Assembly: GCA_028825345.1 (NCBI GenBank)
Contig: JAPKAJ010000001.1
Span: 1-35,909 of the forward strand
Direction: 5' to 3'
Source of the DNA: Arenicellales bacterium
GTDB lineage: Bacteria; Pseudomonadota; Gammaproteobacteria; Arenicellales; UBA868
DNA length: 35,909 bases
The number at the start of each line of letters is the position of its first letter. Position 1 is the stretch's first letter. The notes beneath the pieces were generated by a model that was not told the DNA's origin, ran no database searches, and saw only the letters and a program-made list of their open reading frames with translations. The position numbers were made by a program, and so were the translations under genes. Positions 26,183-35,525 of the stretch are shown piece after piece.

Positions 26183-27964
26183 TTACTGCCTGAATTCCAG
26201 CCCTTCGTGGTCGCCTGCGTTTCGCCAGTCTTCAAGCAGTTTGAAAAATGCCAGTGGGCCTTGCGGGTACACAGTAATGGCGCCGCTGGATTTACCCTCG
26301 CCGTTGAAGTAACTGGGCGTGCACTCGCCCTGACCTAGGAAGGGGGGCGCCACGGTACTTTGAATCATCTTGGTCCAAGCCGATTCAGCCTCTTCGGTGA
26401 CCTCGACCTCACGTACGCCTTCTTCGAGGGCACGGCCGATGATGTACGTCAACTGCATCGCGGCCTCATCGACCAGGTGCGTGAAGTTCGAAGTGAGGCC
26501 GCCTTGTTTGGCCCCGACGATAAATGCGTTCGGAAAGCCGCGGGTGTGCGTGCCGTGCAAACTACGCATGTCGTCGCCCCAATGCGCTGACAACTTGCGA
26601 CCGTCCCGACCGATCAATTCGTAACCGATCCGCTGGGTGAACGCAGTGCCCACCTCGAAGCCCGTGGCGTAAATGAGACAATCAACTTCGTACTCGACGC
26701 CATCGACCACGACGGCGTTCTCGGTGATACGCTCGCAACCCTTGCCGTCGGTGTCGACCAGCTTCACGGCCGGTTCGTTGAAGGCCTGCAGGAACTCGTC
26801 GTGGAAGCACGGCCGCTTACAGAACAGCGCATACCAGGGCTTGAGCGCCGCTGCCGTGGCCGGATCCTGGACGTGTTCGTCGACCCGGGTCCGCAGCTCA
26901 TTCATCTTGCCCATATTCATGCGCTCCATCAGCGCACCGAACTCTTCCGGTGACATCTCGGCCCCGGCCTTCATGTGCTCGAGGATTCGGGCGATGAGGT
27001 CGGTCCAGGCATCGTCCACCAGGTCCTCGGTGACATCACCGCCGTGGGTCATCGCAGTGAAGTTCTCGATCCGCCTGGCCTGCCATCCTGGCTCCAGCGA
27101 CGCAGCCCACTCGGAATCGGTCGGTCGGTTGTTGCGCACGTCGATCGTCGAAGCAGTGCGCTGGAATACACAGAGTTCCTTGCACGCCTTGGCCAGGTGA
27201 GGAACAATCTGCACCGAGGTAGCGCCGGTGCCGATGAGACCCACCCGCTTGTCTCGGAGCTTATCCTGTCCTCCGAGCACGTTGCCGCCGGTGTAGTCGT
27301 AATCCCACCGACTGGTGTGGAAAGAGTGACCCTTGAAGTTCTCGATGCCTGGAATCCCCGGTAGCTTCGGCCGGTGTAGCGGACCATTACCGATGACTAT
27401 GAACTGGGCCCGTATCGCATCGCCCCGGTTAGTGCAGATAATCCATCGCGATGCGTCGGCATCCCAGTCGACGGCGGTGATCTCAGTCGAGAGGCAGGCA
27501 TTGTCGTAAAGTCCGAAGTGCTTGGCGATTCGCTGACAGTGCGCCTGGATCTCAGGTGCATGGACGTACTTCTCTGTGGGGACGTAGCCGGTCTCTTCGA
27601 GCAGCGGCAGGTAGACATATGAATCGATATCACACTGTGCCCCCGGGTAGCGGTTCCAGTACCACGTGCCTCCAACGTCGCCAGCTTTGTCGATGAGGCG
27701 CACGTCAGTAATCCCCGCCTGGACCAGGCGGGCGCCGACCGTCAGCCCCGAGAGCCCGGCACCGATCAGCGCCACTGTCACGTCGTCCGCCAGCGGCTCC
27801 CGCGGCGTCACCTCGCTGTAGGGGTCGTCGAGAAAATGAGCGTATTGCCCCTTGAGCTCAACAAACTGACTGATGCCGTCTGTGCGCATGCGCTTCTCGC
27901 GTTCTACGCGGTACTTTGCCCGGATCGATTCGGCGCCGAGGTCGGAATTGTCTGTCTCTGTCAT
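26183..27964 (-). CDS. Type I Baeyer-Villiger monooxygenase
   Basis: GAGLSG and GTGATS Rossmann motifs, GGTWYWNRYPGAQCD, BVMO fingerprint FKGHSFHTSRWD, ATGF. Start placed at MTETD (27964, AAGGGA RBS), not 28063. Confidence 0.93.
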   Translation of the reverse strand: MTETDNSDLGAESIRAKYRVEREKRMRTDGISQFVELKGQYAHFLDDPYSEVTPREPLADDVTVALIGAGLSGLTVGARLVQAGITDVRLIDKAGDVGGTWYWNRYPGAQCDIDSYVYLPLLEETGYVPTEKYVHAPEIQAHCQRIAKHFGLYDNACLSTEITAVDWDADASRWIICTNRGDAIRAQFIVIGNGPLHRPKLPGIPGIENFKGHSFHTSRWDYDYTGGNVLGGQDKLRDKRVGLIGTGATSVQIVPHLAKACKELCVFQRTASTIDVRNNRPTDSEWAASLEPGWQARRIENFTAMTHGGDVTEDLVDDAWTDLIARILEHMKAGAEMSPEEFGALMERMNMGKMNELRTRVDEHVQDPATAAALKPWYALFCKRPCFHDEFLQAFNEPAVKLVDTDGKGCERITENAVVVDGVEYEVDCLIYATGFEVGTAFTQRIGYELIGRDGRKLSAHWGDDMRSLHGTHTRGFPNAFIVGAKQGGLTSNFTHLVDEAAMQLTYIIGRALEEGVREVEVTEEAESAWTKMIQSTVAPPFLGQGECTPSYFNGEGKSSGAITVYPQGPLAFFKLLEDWRNAGDHEGLEFRQ

Positions 27965-28025
27965 AGGGGGTCCCTTGCTGGGTGGATTATAGAAGATTCG
28001 CCGTTCGCTATGCCGCCCGCTTGTG

Positions 28026-28091
28026 AAGCGCACCAGACCAGGGTCCGCAGGGTTCCGGCGCATGTAGCGTCATTCACCACTGGGGGGTCAT
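28026..28091 (-). pseudogene. Carboxylesterase N-terminal remnant in the BVMO leader
   Basis: GAGGAAG RBS, then ATG-AC joined to CCCCCAGTGG-TGAATGACGCTA-CATGCGCCGGAACCCTGCGGACCCTGGTCTGGTGCGCTT (PPVGE..HAPEPCGPWSGAL). About 48/63 positions identical by hand to 11160..11222 (PPVGERRFQAPELHGPWSGTL). Confidence 0.78.
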
Positions 28092-28185
28092 GTCTGCTTC
28101 CTCTCTTTTTATTCCTTGTATTTACCTGGCCAATCCCAAAAAAAGGTGTGCACTGGATGAACCAGGTATTTGTTCGTTGTATCAA

Positions 28186-28210
28186 ACTGAATTTTGATTC
28201 AATATTCAGT
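28186..28210. promoter_or_regulatory. Palindromic operator copy 5, bidirectional promoter
   Basis: ACTGAATTTTGA-T-TCAATATTCAGT, 1 mismatch. Plus strand: TTGTAT (28177-28182), 17 bp, CAATAT. Minus strand: TTGATA (28219-28214), 17 bp, CAAAAT. Lies between the divergent BVMO and ABC operons. Confidence 0.88.
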
Positions 28211-28256
28211 TTATATCAACGTAAATCGTGTTGTAAATATGTAAATGGAGGTTGAG

Positions 28257-29339
28257 TTGGCACGCTACATCCTGAAACGCCTAGCGCTGATTGTGCCAAC
28301 ATTGCTTGGCATCATCACTGTAAATTTCTTCCTCGTGCAACTTGCGCCGGGTGGTCCGGTCGACCAGATGATTGCCAATATCAGTGGCGAGGCTGTTTCG
28401 GTCACTTCCCGCATCGCGGGTACGGCCGTTGATCAGAGCATATCGGAACCGACCACACAATACGCCGGTGCAGATGGCATCGACCCTGCCATGATCAAAG
28501 CGCTGGAAAAACAGTTCGGCTTTGATCGACCACTGCATGAGCGTTATTTCCAATTGTTGTGGAATTATCTGCGCTTTGACCTAGGGGAAAGTTACTACCA
28601 GAATCGACGCGTGGCGGACCTGGTGATAGAACGGTTCCCGGTGTCAATCTCGCTCGGTCTCTGGTCGATGTTACTGACCTATCTCATCTCGATTCCACTA
28701 GGCGTTGCCAAGGCGGTACGCGATGGCAGCCACTTCGATGTCTGGACCAGCGCAGCGATTTTCATGGGTTACGCGACGCCCGGTTTCATGTTTGCCATCC
28801 TACTGATTGTGGTGTTTGCCGGGGGCAGCTACTACGACCTCTTCCCCTTAAAGGGACTGGTATCGGAAAATTTTTCTGAGATGTCCTGGCCAGGCAAGAT
28901 TGCTGATTACTTCTGGCACATGACGTTGCCGGTCGCGGCGTTGACGATTGGTAGTTTTGCGACGCTGACTATGCTCACCAAGAACTCTTTTATCGAGGAA
29001 CTCTCCAAGCAGTTCGTGCTCACGGCGCGTGCCAAGGGTTTGGATGAGCGGCGAGTGCTGTACGGGCATGTGTTCAGGAATGCCATGCTGGTTGTCGTGG
29101 CCGGTTTCCCGGCGGCGTTGATTGGCGTGCTGTTTACTGGCGCGATGCTGATCGAGGTGATTTTTTCTTTAAACGGCCTGGGCCTGCTGGGATTTGAGGC
29201 GACCCTTACTCGCGATTACCCGATCATATTCGGTACCCTGTACGTCTTTACCCTCGTCGGGCTGCTATTGCACCTGATAGGTGACATTATCTATACACTG
29301 GTGGACCCCCGCATTGATTTTGAAACGAGAGGCGCATAG
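28257..29339 (+). CDS. yejB: Peptide-type ABC transporter permease, YejB-like
   Basis: [49 protein letters not shown] loop, [10 protein letters not shown] start at 28257 after GGAGG; ATG at 28245 is the alternative. Confidence 0.85.
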   Translation: MARYILKRLALIVPTLLGIITVNFFLVQLAPGGPVDQMIANISGEAVSVTSRIAGTAVDQSISEPTTQYAGADGIDPAMIKALEKQFGFDRPLHERYFQLLWNYLRFDLGESYYQNRRVADLVIERFPVSISLGLWSMLLTYLISIPLGVAKAVRDGSHFDVWTSAAIFMGYATPGFMFAILLIVVFAGGSYYDLFPLKGLVSENFSEMSWPGKIADYFWHMTLPVAALTIGSFATLTMLTKNSFIEELSKQFVLTARAKGLDERRVLYGHVFRNAMLVVVAGFPAALIGVLFTGAMLIEVIFSLNGLGLLGFEATLTRDYPIIFGTLYVFTLVGLLLHLIGDIIYTLVDPRIDFETRGA

Positions 29340-29343
29340 AGGT

Positions 29344-30387
29344 ATGAATCTGACGCCTCTGACACGTCGTCGCCTCGCCAGCTTTCGCGCCAACAAGCGC
29401 GGCTTCTGGTCACTGCGAATTTTCTGTGTGCTATTGGTACTCAGCTTGTTGGCCGAGCTCATCGCCAACGACAAACCGCTATTGCTCGGCTACGACAACC
29501 AAGTCTTCATGCCGATCTTGTTTCGTTATTCGGAAACCGCCTTCGGCGGCGTCCTGCATTCGGAAGCGGCCTATCGCGACCCGGAGGTCAAGGCCCTGAT
29601 CGAAGCCAGGCACGGCTGGATGCTGTGGCCGCCGGTTCCGTTCAGCTACGACACGATCGACTGGCAAATTAACGAGCCGGTGCCATCGCCGCCGTCGGCG
29701 CGCCATTGGCTGGGTACCGATAATGTGGCGCGAGATGTGATGGCGCGCATTATCTACGGTTTCAGATTGTCAGTCTTGTTCGGGTTGGCGCTGACAATTC
29801 TGAGTTCTGTTGTCGGCATCGGTGTCGGCGCCGTACAGGGTTTTTTTGGCGGCTGGGTGGACCTGATCGGCCAGCGCCTGGTAGAAATCTGGGCGGGTAT
29901 GCCAGTGCTGTTCCTGTTGATCATTCTGGCGAGCCTGGTGCAGACCAGCGTATTCATGCTGCTTGGCCTGCTGCTGCTATTTTCCTGGATGCAGTTGGTG
30001 GCGGTGGTCAGGGCTGAGTTCCTGCGCACCCGCAACTTCGATTATGTACAAGCCTCTCGCTCCCTTGGGGTGTCGAACTTCGACATCATGCGCCAGGACG
30101 TACTGCCGAATGCGATGGTGGCTGCATTGACCTTCCTGCCCTTTATTTTGACAGGTTCCATTACCACGTTGACGTCCCTCGATTTTCTCGGTTTTGGTTT
30201 ACCAACGGGCTCGCCGTCACTGGGCGAACTGCTTGCGCAGGGTAAGTCCAACCTGCAGGCTCCCTGGCTCGGATTATCGGGCTTTTTTACCCTGCTGATC
30301 ATGTTGACCTTGCTGATCTTTATCGGCGAAGCAGTGCGCGATGCGTTTGATCCGCGCCGCTCTGTAGTGAGTGTGGATGCGCCATGA
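29344..30387 (+). CDS. yejE: Peptide-type ABC transporter permease, YejE-like
   Basis: RRRLASFRANKRGFWSL, AELIANDKPL, HWLGTD..ARDVMARIIYGFRLS, GEAVRDAFDPR. Start at ATG 29344. Confidence 0.88.
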   Translation: MNLTPLTRRRLASFRANKRGFWSLRIFCVLLVLSLLAELIANDKPLLLGYDNQVFMPILFRYSETAFGGVLHSEAAYRDPEVKALIEARHGWMLWPPVPFSYDTIDWQINEPVPSPPSARHWLGTDNVARDVMARIIYGFRLSVLFGLALTILSSVVGIGVGAVQGFFGGWVDLIGQRLVEIWAGMPVLFLLIILASLVQTSVFMLLGLLLLFSWMQLVAVVRAEFLRTRNFDYVQASRSLGVSNFDIMRQDVLPNAMVAALTFLPFILTGSITTLTSLDFLGFGLPTGSPSLGELLAQGKSNLQAPWLGLSGFFTLLIMLTLLIFIGEAVRDAFDPRRSVVSVDAP

Positions 30388-31979
30388 GTGATCGAATTCT
30401 AGCGGTGAGTGATCTGTCGGTGGCTTTCCACGGGAAAGCGGTGGTCCATGGTGTGAACCTGCACATCGATCGGGGAGAGACCCTGGCGCTGGTGGGTGAG
30501 TCCGGTTCCGGAAAATCCGTGACTGCACTGTCGATTCCCCAGTTGCTGCCCTACCCCCAGGCAGGACATCCAACAGGCTCAATATGCCTCGATGGTATTG
30601 AAATGATCAATGCCTCGAAAGCGACCCTGCTCAAGATGCGGGGCAATCGGGTCAGCGTGATCTTCCAGGAACCCATGACGTCGTTAAATCCGCTGCACAC
30701 CATTGAACGCCAGGTTGGCGAGGTGTTGTTTGTACACCAACGACTTGGCCGGGATGCCGTCCGCAAGCGTACTTTAGAACTACTGGAGTTGGTGGGCTTA
30801 CAGCGAGCGAACGAGCGGCTCACGGCCTTTCCTCACGAGCTCTCCGGTGGTCAGCGCCAGCGAGTGATGATCGCAATGGCGCTCGCTAACGAGCCGGATC
30901 TGCTTATTGCCGATGAGCCGACAACGGCGCTTGATGTCACCGTCCAGGCGCAAATATTGACCCTGCTAAAAGACTTACAAGCCCGGCTCAACATGGCGCT
31001 GCTGCTCATTACCCACGATCTGGGTATTGTGCGCAAGATCGCCGATCGGGTGTGCGTGATGCATGACGGACTCATTGTCGAGGAAGCCCCAACGAAAACT
31101 CTGTTTACGGCTCCAGCCCATACCTATACCCGGACGCTCCTGACCGCGCAACCGAAAGGCAACCCTATGCCCGCCCCGCCAGATGCGGCGCCGTTGCTGC
31201 AAGCTGAGGGCATATCCGTACACTTTCCGATCGGCCAGGGTTTTCTCAAGGCCAAGCGCGTCCTGAAAGCCGTCGATGCGGTTTCCTTCACCGTGCGCAA
31301 GGGCCACACCATCGGCGTTGTCGGTGAGTCTGGGTCGGGTAAGACCACCCTCGGGATGGCGCTGCTACGGCTGGTTCGGAGCAAGGGTCGCGTTGTCTTT
31401 GACGGCGAAGAGATCCACGGACTTAGCAACAAAGCATTGCGGCCCTATCGGCGCCGGATGCAGGTTGTGTTCCAGGATCCCTATGGCTCCTTGTCACCAA
31501 GGCGTTCGGTTCGGCAGATTATCGAACAGGGACTCCACGTACATGAACCGCAGTTCGATGAAGCGGCCCGGACCAGCCTGGTCGACCAGGCACTGGAAGA
31601 TGTTGGTCTTGACCCGATCGACAAGGATCGCTATCCACACGAATTTTCCGGCGGTCAACGGCAACGCATAGCGATTGCGCGGGCTGTGATCCTGCGACCT
31701 GATCTGATCATCCTCGATGAACCCACCTCGGCCCTTGATATGTCGGTGCAGGCCCAGGTGATCGATCTTTTGCGCGACCTGCAGGCACGGTATGGATTGT
31801 CATACCTGTTTATCAGCCACGACCTGAGAGTGGTGCGGGCGCTTGCTGATGAACTGATCGTGATGAAAGACGGCGTTATCGTCGAGCAGGGCCCGGCGGC
31901 TTTGATTTTCGCGCAACCTAAACAGGACTACACTAAAGCATTACTGGCGGCAGCGTTTGACCAGGTGGTGGTCGAATGA
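30384..31979 (+). CDS. yejF: ABC transporter ATP-binding protein with two NBDs, YejF-like
   Basis: Two Walker A motifs (GESGSGKS/T), two SGGQRQR signatures, two DEPT Walker B motifs. Confidence 0.88.
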   Translation: MSDRILAVSDLSVAFHGKAVVHGVNLHIDRGETLALVGESGSGKSVTALSIPQLLPYPQAGHPTGSICLDGIEMINASKATLLKMRGNRVSVIFQEPMTSLNPLHTIERQVGEVLFVHQRLGRDAVRKRTLELLELVGLQRANERLTAFPHELSGGQRQRVMIAMALANEPDLLIADEPTTALDVTVQAQILTLLKDLQARLNMALLLITHDLGIVRKIADRVCVMHDGLIVEEAPTKTLFTAPAHTYTRTLLTAQPKGNPMPAPPDAAPLLQAEGISVHFPIGQGFLKAKRVLKAVDAVSFTVRKGHTIGVVGESGSGKTTLGMALLRLVRSKGRVVFDGEEIHGLSNKALRPYRRRMQVVFQDPYGSLSPRRSVRQIIEQGLHVHEPQFDEAARTSLVDQALEDVGLDPIDKDRYPHEFSGGQRQRIAIARAVILRPDLIILDEPTSALDMSVQAQVIDLLRDLQARYGLSYLFISHDLRVVRALADELIVMKDGVIVEQGPAALIFAQPKQDYTKALLAAAFDQVVVE

Positions 31980-33838
31980 AGCAACGCCCTGGTGTTTGGA
32001 TCCTGCTATTGGCCTGGTGCACTTTTCTTTTTGCGGATTGTCTTGCCGCCGAATCCGGCGCTAAAGCGGCGGGCCCCCATTGGCAGCACGGCCTGTCAAT
32101 CTATGGTGAGTTCAAATACCCGCCTGGCTTTAAGCACTTCGACACTGTTAATCCCGGTGCGCCAAGCGGGGGGCGGTTGGTACGCTCGCTAGGCTACAGC
32201 TTCAACAACTTTACACCGATTATCGACAAAGGCCTGCTGGCACCCGGTGGCGACACTCTTGTTGAACCGATCCTGTACGATTCTCTGCTCAGGGCTTCTG
32301 CGGATGAACTCGGGGTCAGTTATGGGAGTCTCGCTGAATTCATTGCAGTTTCTGACGATATGACCGAGGTGCGAATGAAACTCCGCCAGCAAGCGCGCTG
32401 GCACGACGGAGTGCCGGTCACTTCGCTGGACGTCAAATTTACCTTCGAACACATTCGTGACAATGGAATGGCTGGTCTCAAGGTTTTCTTCCTGCCCCTC
32501 AAACAAGTGGAGGTGATCAGCGACAGAGAGGTGCACTTCAAGTATCACCATCCCGTAAACCTGAACGACATGGTGACGCTCGGCAAGATGCCTATCTTAC
32601 CCGAACACTACTGGCGAGAGCGGGACATGACTAAAACCACCACCGAACCGCCTCTTACCAGCGGTCCCTACCGGGTCAGCCGGTTCGAGCTTGGCAAGTT
32701 TATCGAATTCGAACGCGTCGCCGACTACTGGGGTAAAGACATCGGTCCGCACCGGGGCAGCTTTAACCTCGATGTGCTTCGGTTTGATGTGTATCGGGAC
32801 GGTACCGTCGCGCGCGAGGCACTGCATAAGGGATTAATCGACGCCTATCGCGAACGTGATGCTGCTCAGTGGGTGACGGGGTATCAACAGCAAGACCTTC
32901 TGGTGAAGGTTCAATATGACATACAGCAATACACGGGTTTGATGTCAGCGCTGGCCTTCAATCTGAACATGGCGCGCTTCCAGGACGTCCGCGTGCGGGA
33001 AGCACTTAGCCTCGCTTACAATTTTGACTGGACAAACAGCGTTATCGATTATGGTGTTTATCCAAAACCAATGAGTTTTTTTCACGGTAGCTTTCTGGCA
33101 GCCACCGGTCTGCCGTCCTCCAGTGAATTGGCATTGCTCGAACCGTTTCGGGAGCAACTGCCTGCCGAGGTGTTTACCGAACCACCCTGGACCCGCAGTT
33201 CAACTTCAAAACTGAGCCACCGCGACGCGCTGATCCGCGCACAGGGATTGCTGACTGAGGCCGGTTGGCGTTACCAGGACGGCAGACTAGTAGACGCGGA
33301 CGGCAATGGCTTTGAGATCGAATTTCTGATCACCAGCTCTGCAGGTCAACGCAGGCTGCTCCCTTATACTGCTCAGCTAAAGCGCCTCGGCATCGACGCA
33401 CACATACGTTTAGTTGAAACAGCGCAATACACCAACCTGCGGCGCATGGGTAAAGCCGATGCCGTTATCGGTAGTCTGAACGTCACCATGCCGCCCAGTT
33501 TGGAAGTACGTGCCTACTTCAGCTCCAAAAACAAGGGGCCGACAAACATGGCTCATGTCAATTCACCCGCGGTCGATGCCCTGATCGATTCCCTGCTGGG
33601 TGTGAGTAATCGCACAGAATTGATGACCGCCGGCCGGGCATTGGACCGGGTGTTGTACTGGCAATTCTACTTTATTCCCCTGCAGCCGCTCGACGGCCCG
33701 CGAACGGTGATGTGGGATAAATTCGACAAGCCTGATGTAGAGTCCCAGGACGTGGGAGGCTTTGGAGGCTTTCCTGTCACCTGGTCGTGGAACCCGGAAA
33801 AAGCCGGGCATGTCAGCCAGGCCCTGAAGCAGGATTAA
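31976..33838 (+). CDS. yejA: Extracellular solute-binding protein family 5, YejA-like
   Basis: Signal peptide; HGLSIYGEFKYPPGFKHFDTVNPGAPSGG, PLTSGPY, ERVADYWG, FQDVRVREAL, ALDRVL. Divergent from typical YejA. Confidence 0.78.
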   Translation: MKQRPGVWILLLAWCTFLFADCLAAESGAKAAGPHWQHGLSIYGEFKYPPGFKHFDTVNPGAPSGGRLVRSLGYSFNNFTPIIDKGLLAPGGDTLVEPILYDSLLRASADELGVSYGSLAEFIAVSDDMTEVRMKLRQQARWHDGVPVTSLDVKFTFEHIRDNGMAGLKVFFLPLKQVEVISDREVHFKYHHPVNLNDMVTLGKMPILPEHYWRERDMTKTTTEPPLTSGPYRVSRFELGKFIEFERVADYWGKDIGPHRGSFNLDVLRFDVYRDGTVAREALHKGLIDAYRERDAAQWVTGYQQQDLLVKVQYDIQQYTGLMSALAFNLNMARFQDVRVREALSLAYNFDWTNSVIDYGVYPKPMSFFHGSFLAATGLPSSSELALLEPFREQLPAEVFTEPPWTRSSTSKLSHRDALIRAQGLLTEAGWRYQDGRLVDADGNGFEIEFLITSSAGQRRLLPYTAQLKRLGIDAHIRLVETAQYTNLRRMGKADAVIGSLNVTMPPSLEVRAYFSSKNKGPTNMAHVNSPAVDALIDSLLGVSNRTELMTAGRALDRVLYWQFYFIPLQPLDGPRTVMWDKFDKPDVESQDVGGFGGFPVTWSWNPEKAGHVSQALKQD

Positions 33839-33843
33839 ATATA

Positions 33844-33870
33844 ACGATGTGCAACAGCCTGGCACATCGT
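33844..33870. terminator. Stem-loop after the ABC operon (possible terminator or stability hairpin)
   Basis: ACGATGTGC-N9-GCACATCGT, a perfect 9-bp inverted repeat 5 nt after the stop codon. No U-tract. Confidence 0.4.
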
Positions 33871-33986
33871 ATGAACACTGAAAGAGTCGCAAGTGCGCGA
33901 GTTAATAACGATTCCGGCGCTATTCACAACAAGCAATTTGCTAGTCGTGACTAGACAAGTATTTCAATCTCTGTGAGGAAAAGAGC

Positions 33987-34394
33987 ATGGCTATACAAAT
34001 TATCAAAGATTCCATCGATATCGGCATCATCACAAAAGATGCCAAGCCCATGCTCAAGTTCTACAGGGATACCCTGGGATTGACACCCGACGGGGAAATG
34101 GACCTGGGTGATGGCGGCAGGATAACGCGTCTTAAATGCGGGTCGACCGTCGTTAAACTTGTCGTACATGGCCAAGCGCCACCGGCGGAAGCTCCGCCAG
34201 GCGGCGTCAGGGGCGCGACCGGCTACCGCTACTGGACCATTACGGTTAGTAACCTTGAAGAGGTAACTAACGAATGTGCAGAGGCGGGTTTTTCGATTCC
34301 TGTCCCTGTGACCGAATTCCGACCTGGGGTCCGAATGTCAATAATCGAAGATCCGGATGGCAATTGGGTCGAATTGGTACAGAGAGATGGCTGA
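33987..34394 (+). CDS. VOC/glyoxalase family protein
   Basis: FYRDTLGL and EDPDGNWVELV motifs; GAGG RBS. Confidence 0.88.
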   Translation: MAIQIIKDSIDIGIITKDAKPMLKFYRDTLGLTPDGEMDLGDGGRITRLKCGSTVVKLVVHGQAPPAEAPPGGVRGATGYRYWTITVSNLEEVTNECAEAGFSIPVPVTEFRPGVRMSIIEDPDGNWVELVQRDG

Positions 34395-34412
34395 TGGCAT
34401 TCAGCTCGGTCT

Positions 34413-35525
34413 TCAAGGCAGTGTTAGCGAATACGCCCTCGCTGCCGTACCAAAGAAAAGGTCATTTTTCTGAGCGCTTGTCATACTGAGGTCCGTTGCG
34501 ATTAGCTTGAATGCGTTCCACAGGCTCGTGTAGGAATAAGCAACCTTATCTACCGGGAAGTTTGACTCGAACATGCATCGTTCGGGCCCATAAGCGTCGA
34601 TCAGGATTTCGACATAGGGTTTCCAGGCCTCCGCCAATCTCTGGGATGACGGTGGACCGGCGGCGTCAACTGTATAGTCGAAGCCATAATTTGGCATACC
34701 AAAACCGCCCACCTTCACAACCACGTTTGGGTGAGCGGCTACCAACCTGACGCTGCTTTCCCACGTATCAAACACCTGTGCAGTACGCTGACCTTCATAA
34801 GGGCCACAAGCGAGTGGCCCACCGATATGATTCAGTACAATAGTCACGCTAGGGAAGGCAGCCGCAAGATCGGCGACCTCTGCCAACTGGGTATGGTAGC
34901 CCCAACAGTCGAAGGTGAGTCCAAGTTTGTCGAGAACTGCAAAACCTTCTCTGAAGTCGTCCCTGCCCAGTAAACCGGAAATATCGCTGGTGGGATGATG
35001 AGAGTTGGCGATCGCTGATGATTCGTGCCATGCATGCGCATGGCGGATGCCGCGGAAGTTTTCGCCTGCGGCTTTGAGCGCGCACAATATCGGTTCGACG
35101 CCGGCACCAAGAGCCAGATCAGCGAAACCCACAATGCCGCCGCAGCAGCGCACGCCCTCTCCATATAGGCCGGAAGCTGCCATAGCCGCAACGCCCTGGG
35201 CAAACTGAACCTCGCCAACGGCCCTCAATGGGTCAGCGCTATCCTCTCTGTACATGGAAAGACACTCCACAAAAACAGTGTCGATCACATTGTGTCCGCC
35301 ACCTCGGATATCCTCCATCAGGTCATCGCCCAGGTATCGCAGATGAGTTCTCGCCCCATCGGGTAATGTCCGCCGGGGGCGTCGGTCAAACAGATGGAGA
35401 TGCGGATCAATGATTGGTTGTAACGGGTCTATCGCATCTTCAGGTGATTTTTCGAGCCAGGCGCGCAAATTATCGCCGCCGACGTCGCGCGGTAATTCGG
35501 CACTCGTCGTAGCATTTTTGGCCAT
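34413..35525 (-). CDS. Amidohydrolase_2 family hydrolase (paralog of 9760..10950)
   Basis: IIDPHLHLFD, FRGIRH, LNHIGG, VKVGG, CMFESNFPVD. Confidence 0.88.
   Translation of the reverse strand: MAKNATTSAELPRDVGGDNLRAWLEKSPEDAIDPLQPIIDPHLHLFDRRPRRTLPDGARTHLRYLGDDLMEDIRGGGHNVIDTVFVECLSMYREDSADPLRAVGEVQFAQGVAAMAASGLYGEGVRCCGGIVGFADLALGAGVEPILCALKAAGENFRGIRHAHAWHESSAIANSHHPTSDISGLLGRDDFREGFAVLDKLGLTFDCWGYHTQLAEVADLAAAFPSVTIVLNHIGGPLACGPYEGQRTAQVFDTWESSVRLVAAHPNVVVKVGGFGMPNYGFDYTVDAAGPPSSQRLAEAWKPYVEILIDAYGPERCMFESNFPVDKVAYSYTSLWNAFKLIATDLSMTSAQKNDLFFGTAARAYSLTLP

Noticed and set aside
963-28210. 25-bp palindromes as CRISPR repeats, attC sites or IS ends
   Set aside because: Copies are 0.85-10 kb apart with no regular spacers. 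No cas, integrase or transposase gene and no target duplications are visible. They sit at promoters rather than at gene 3' ends.
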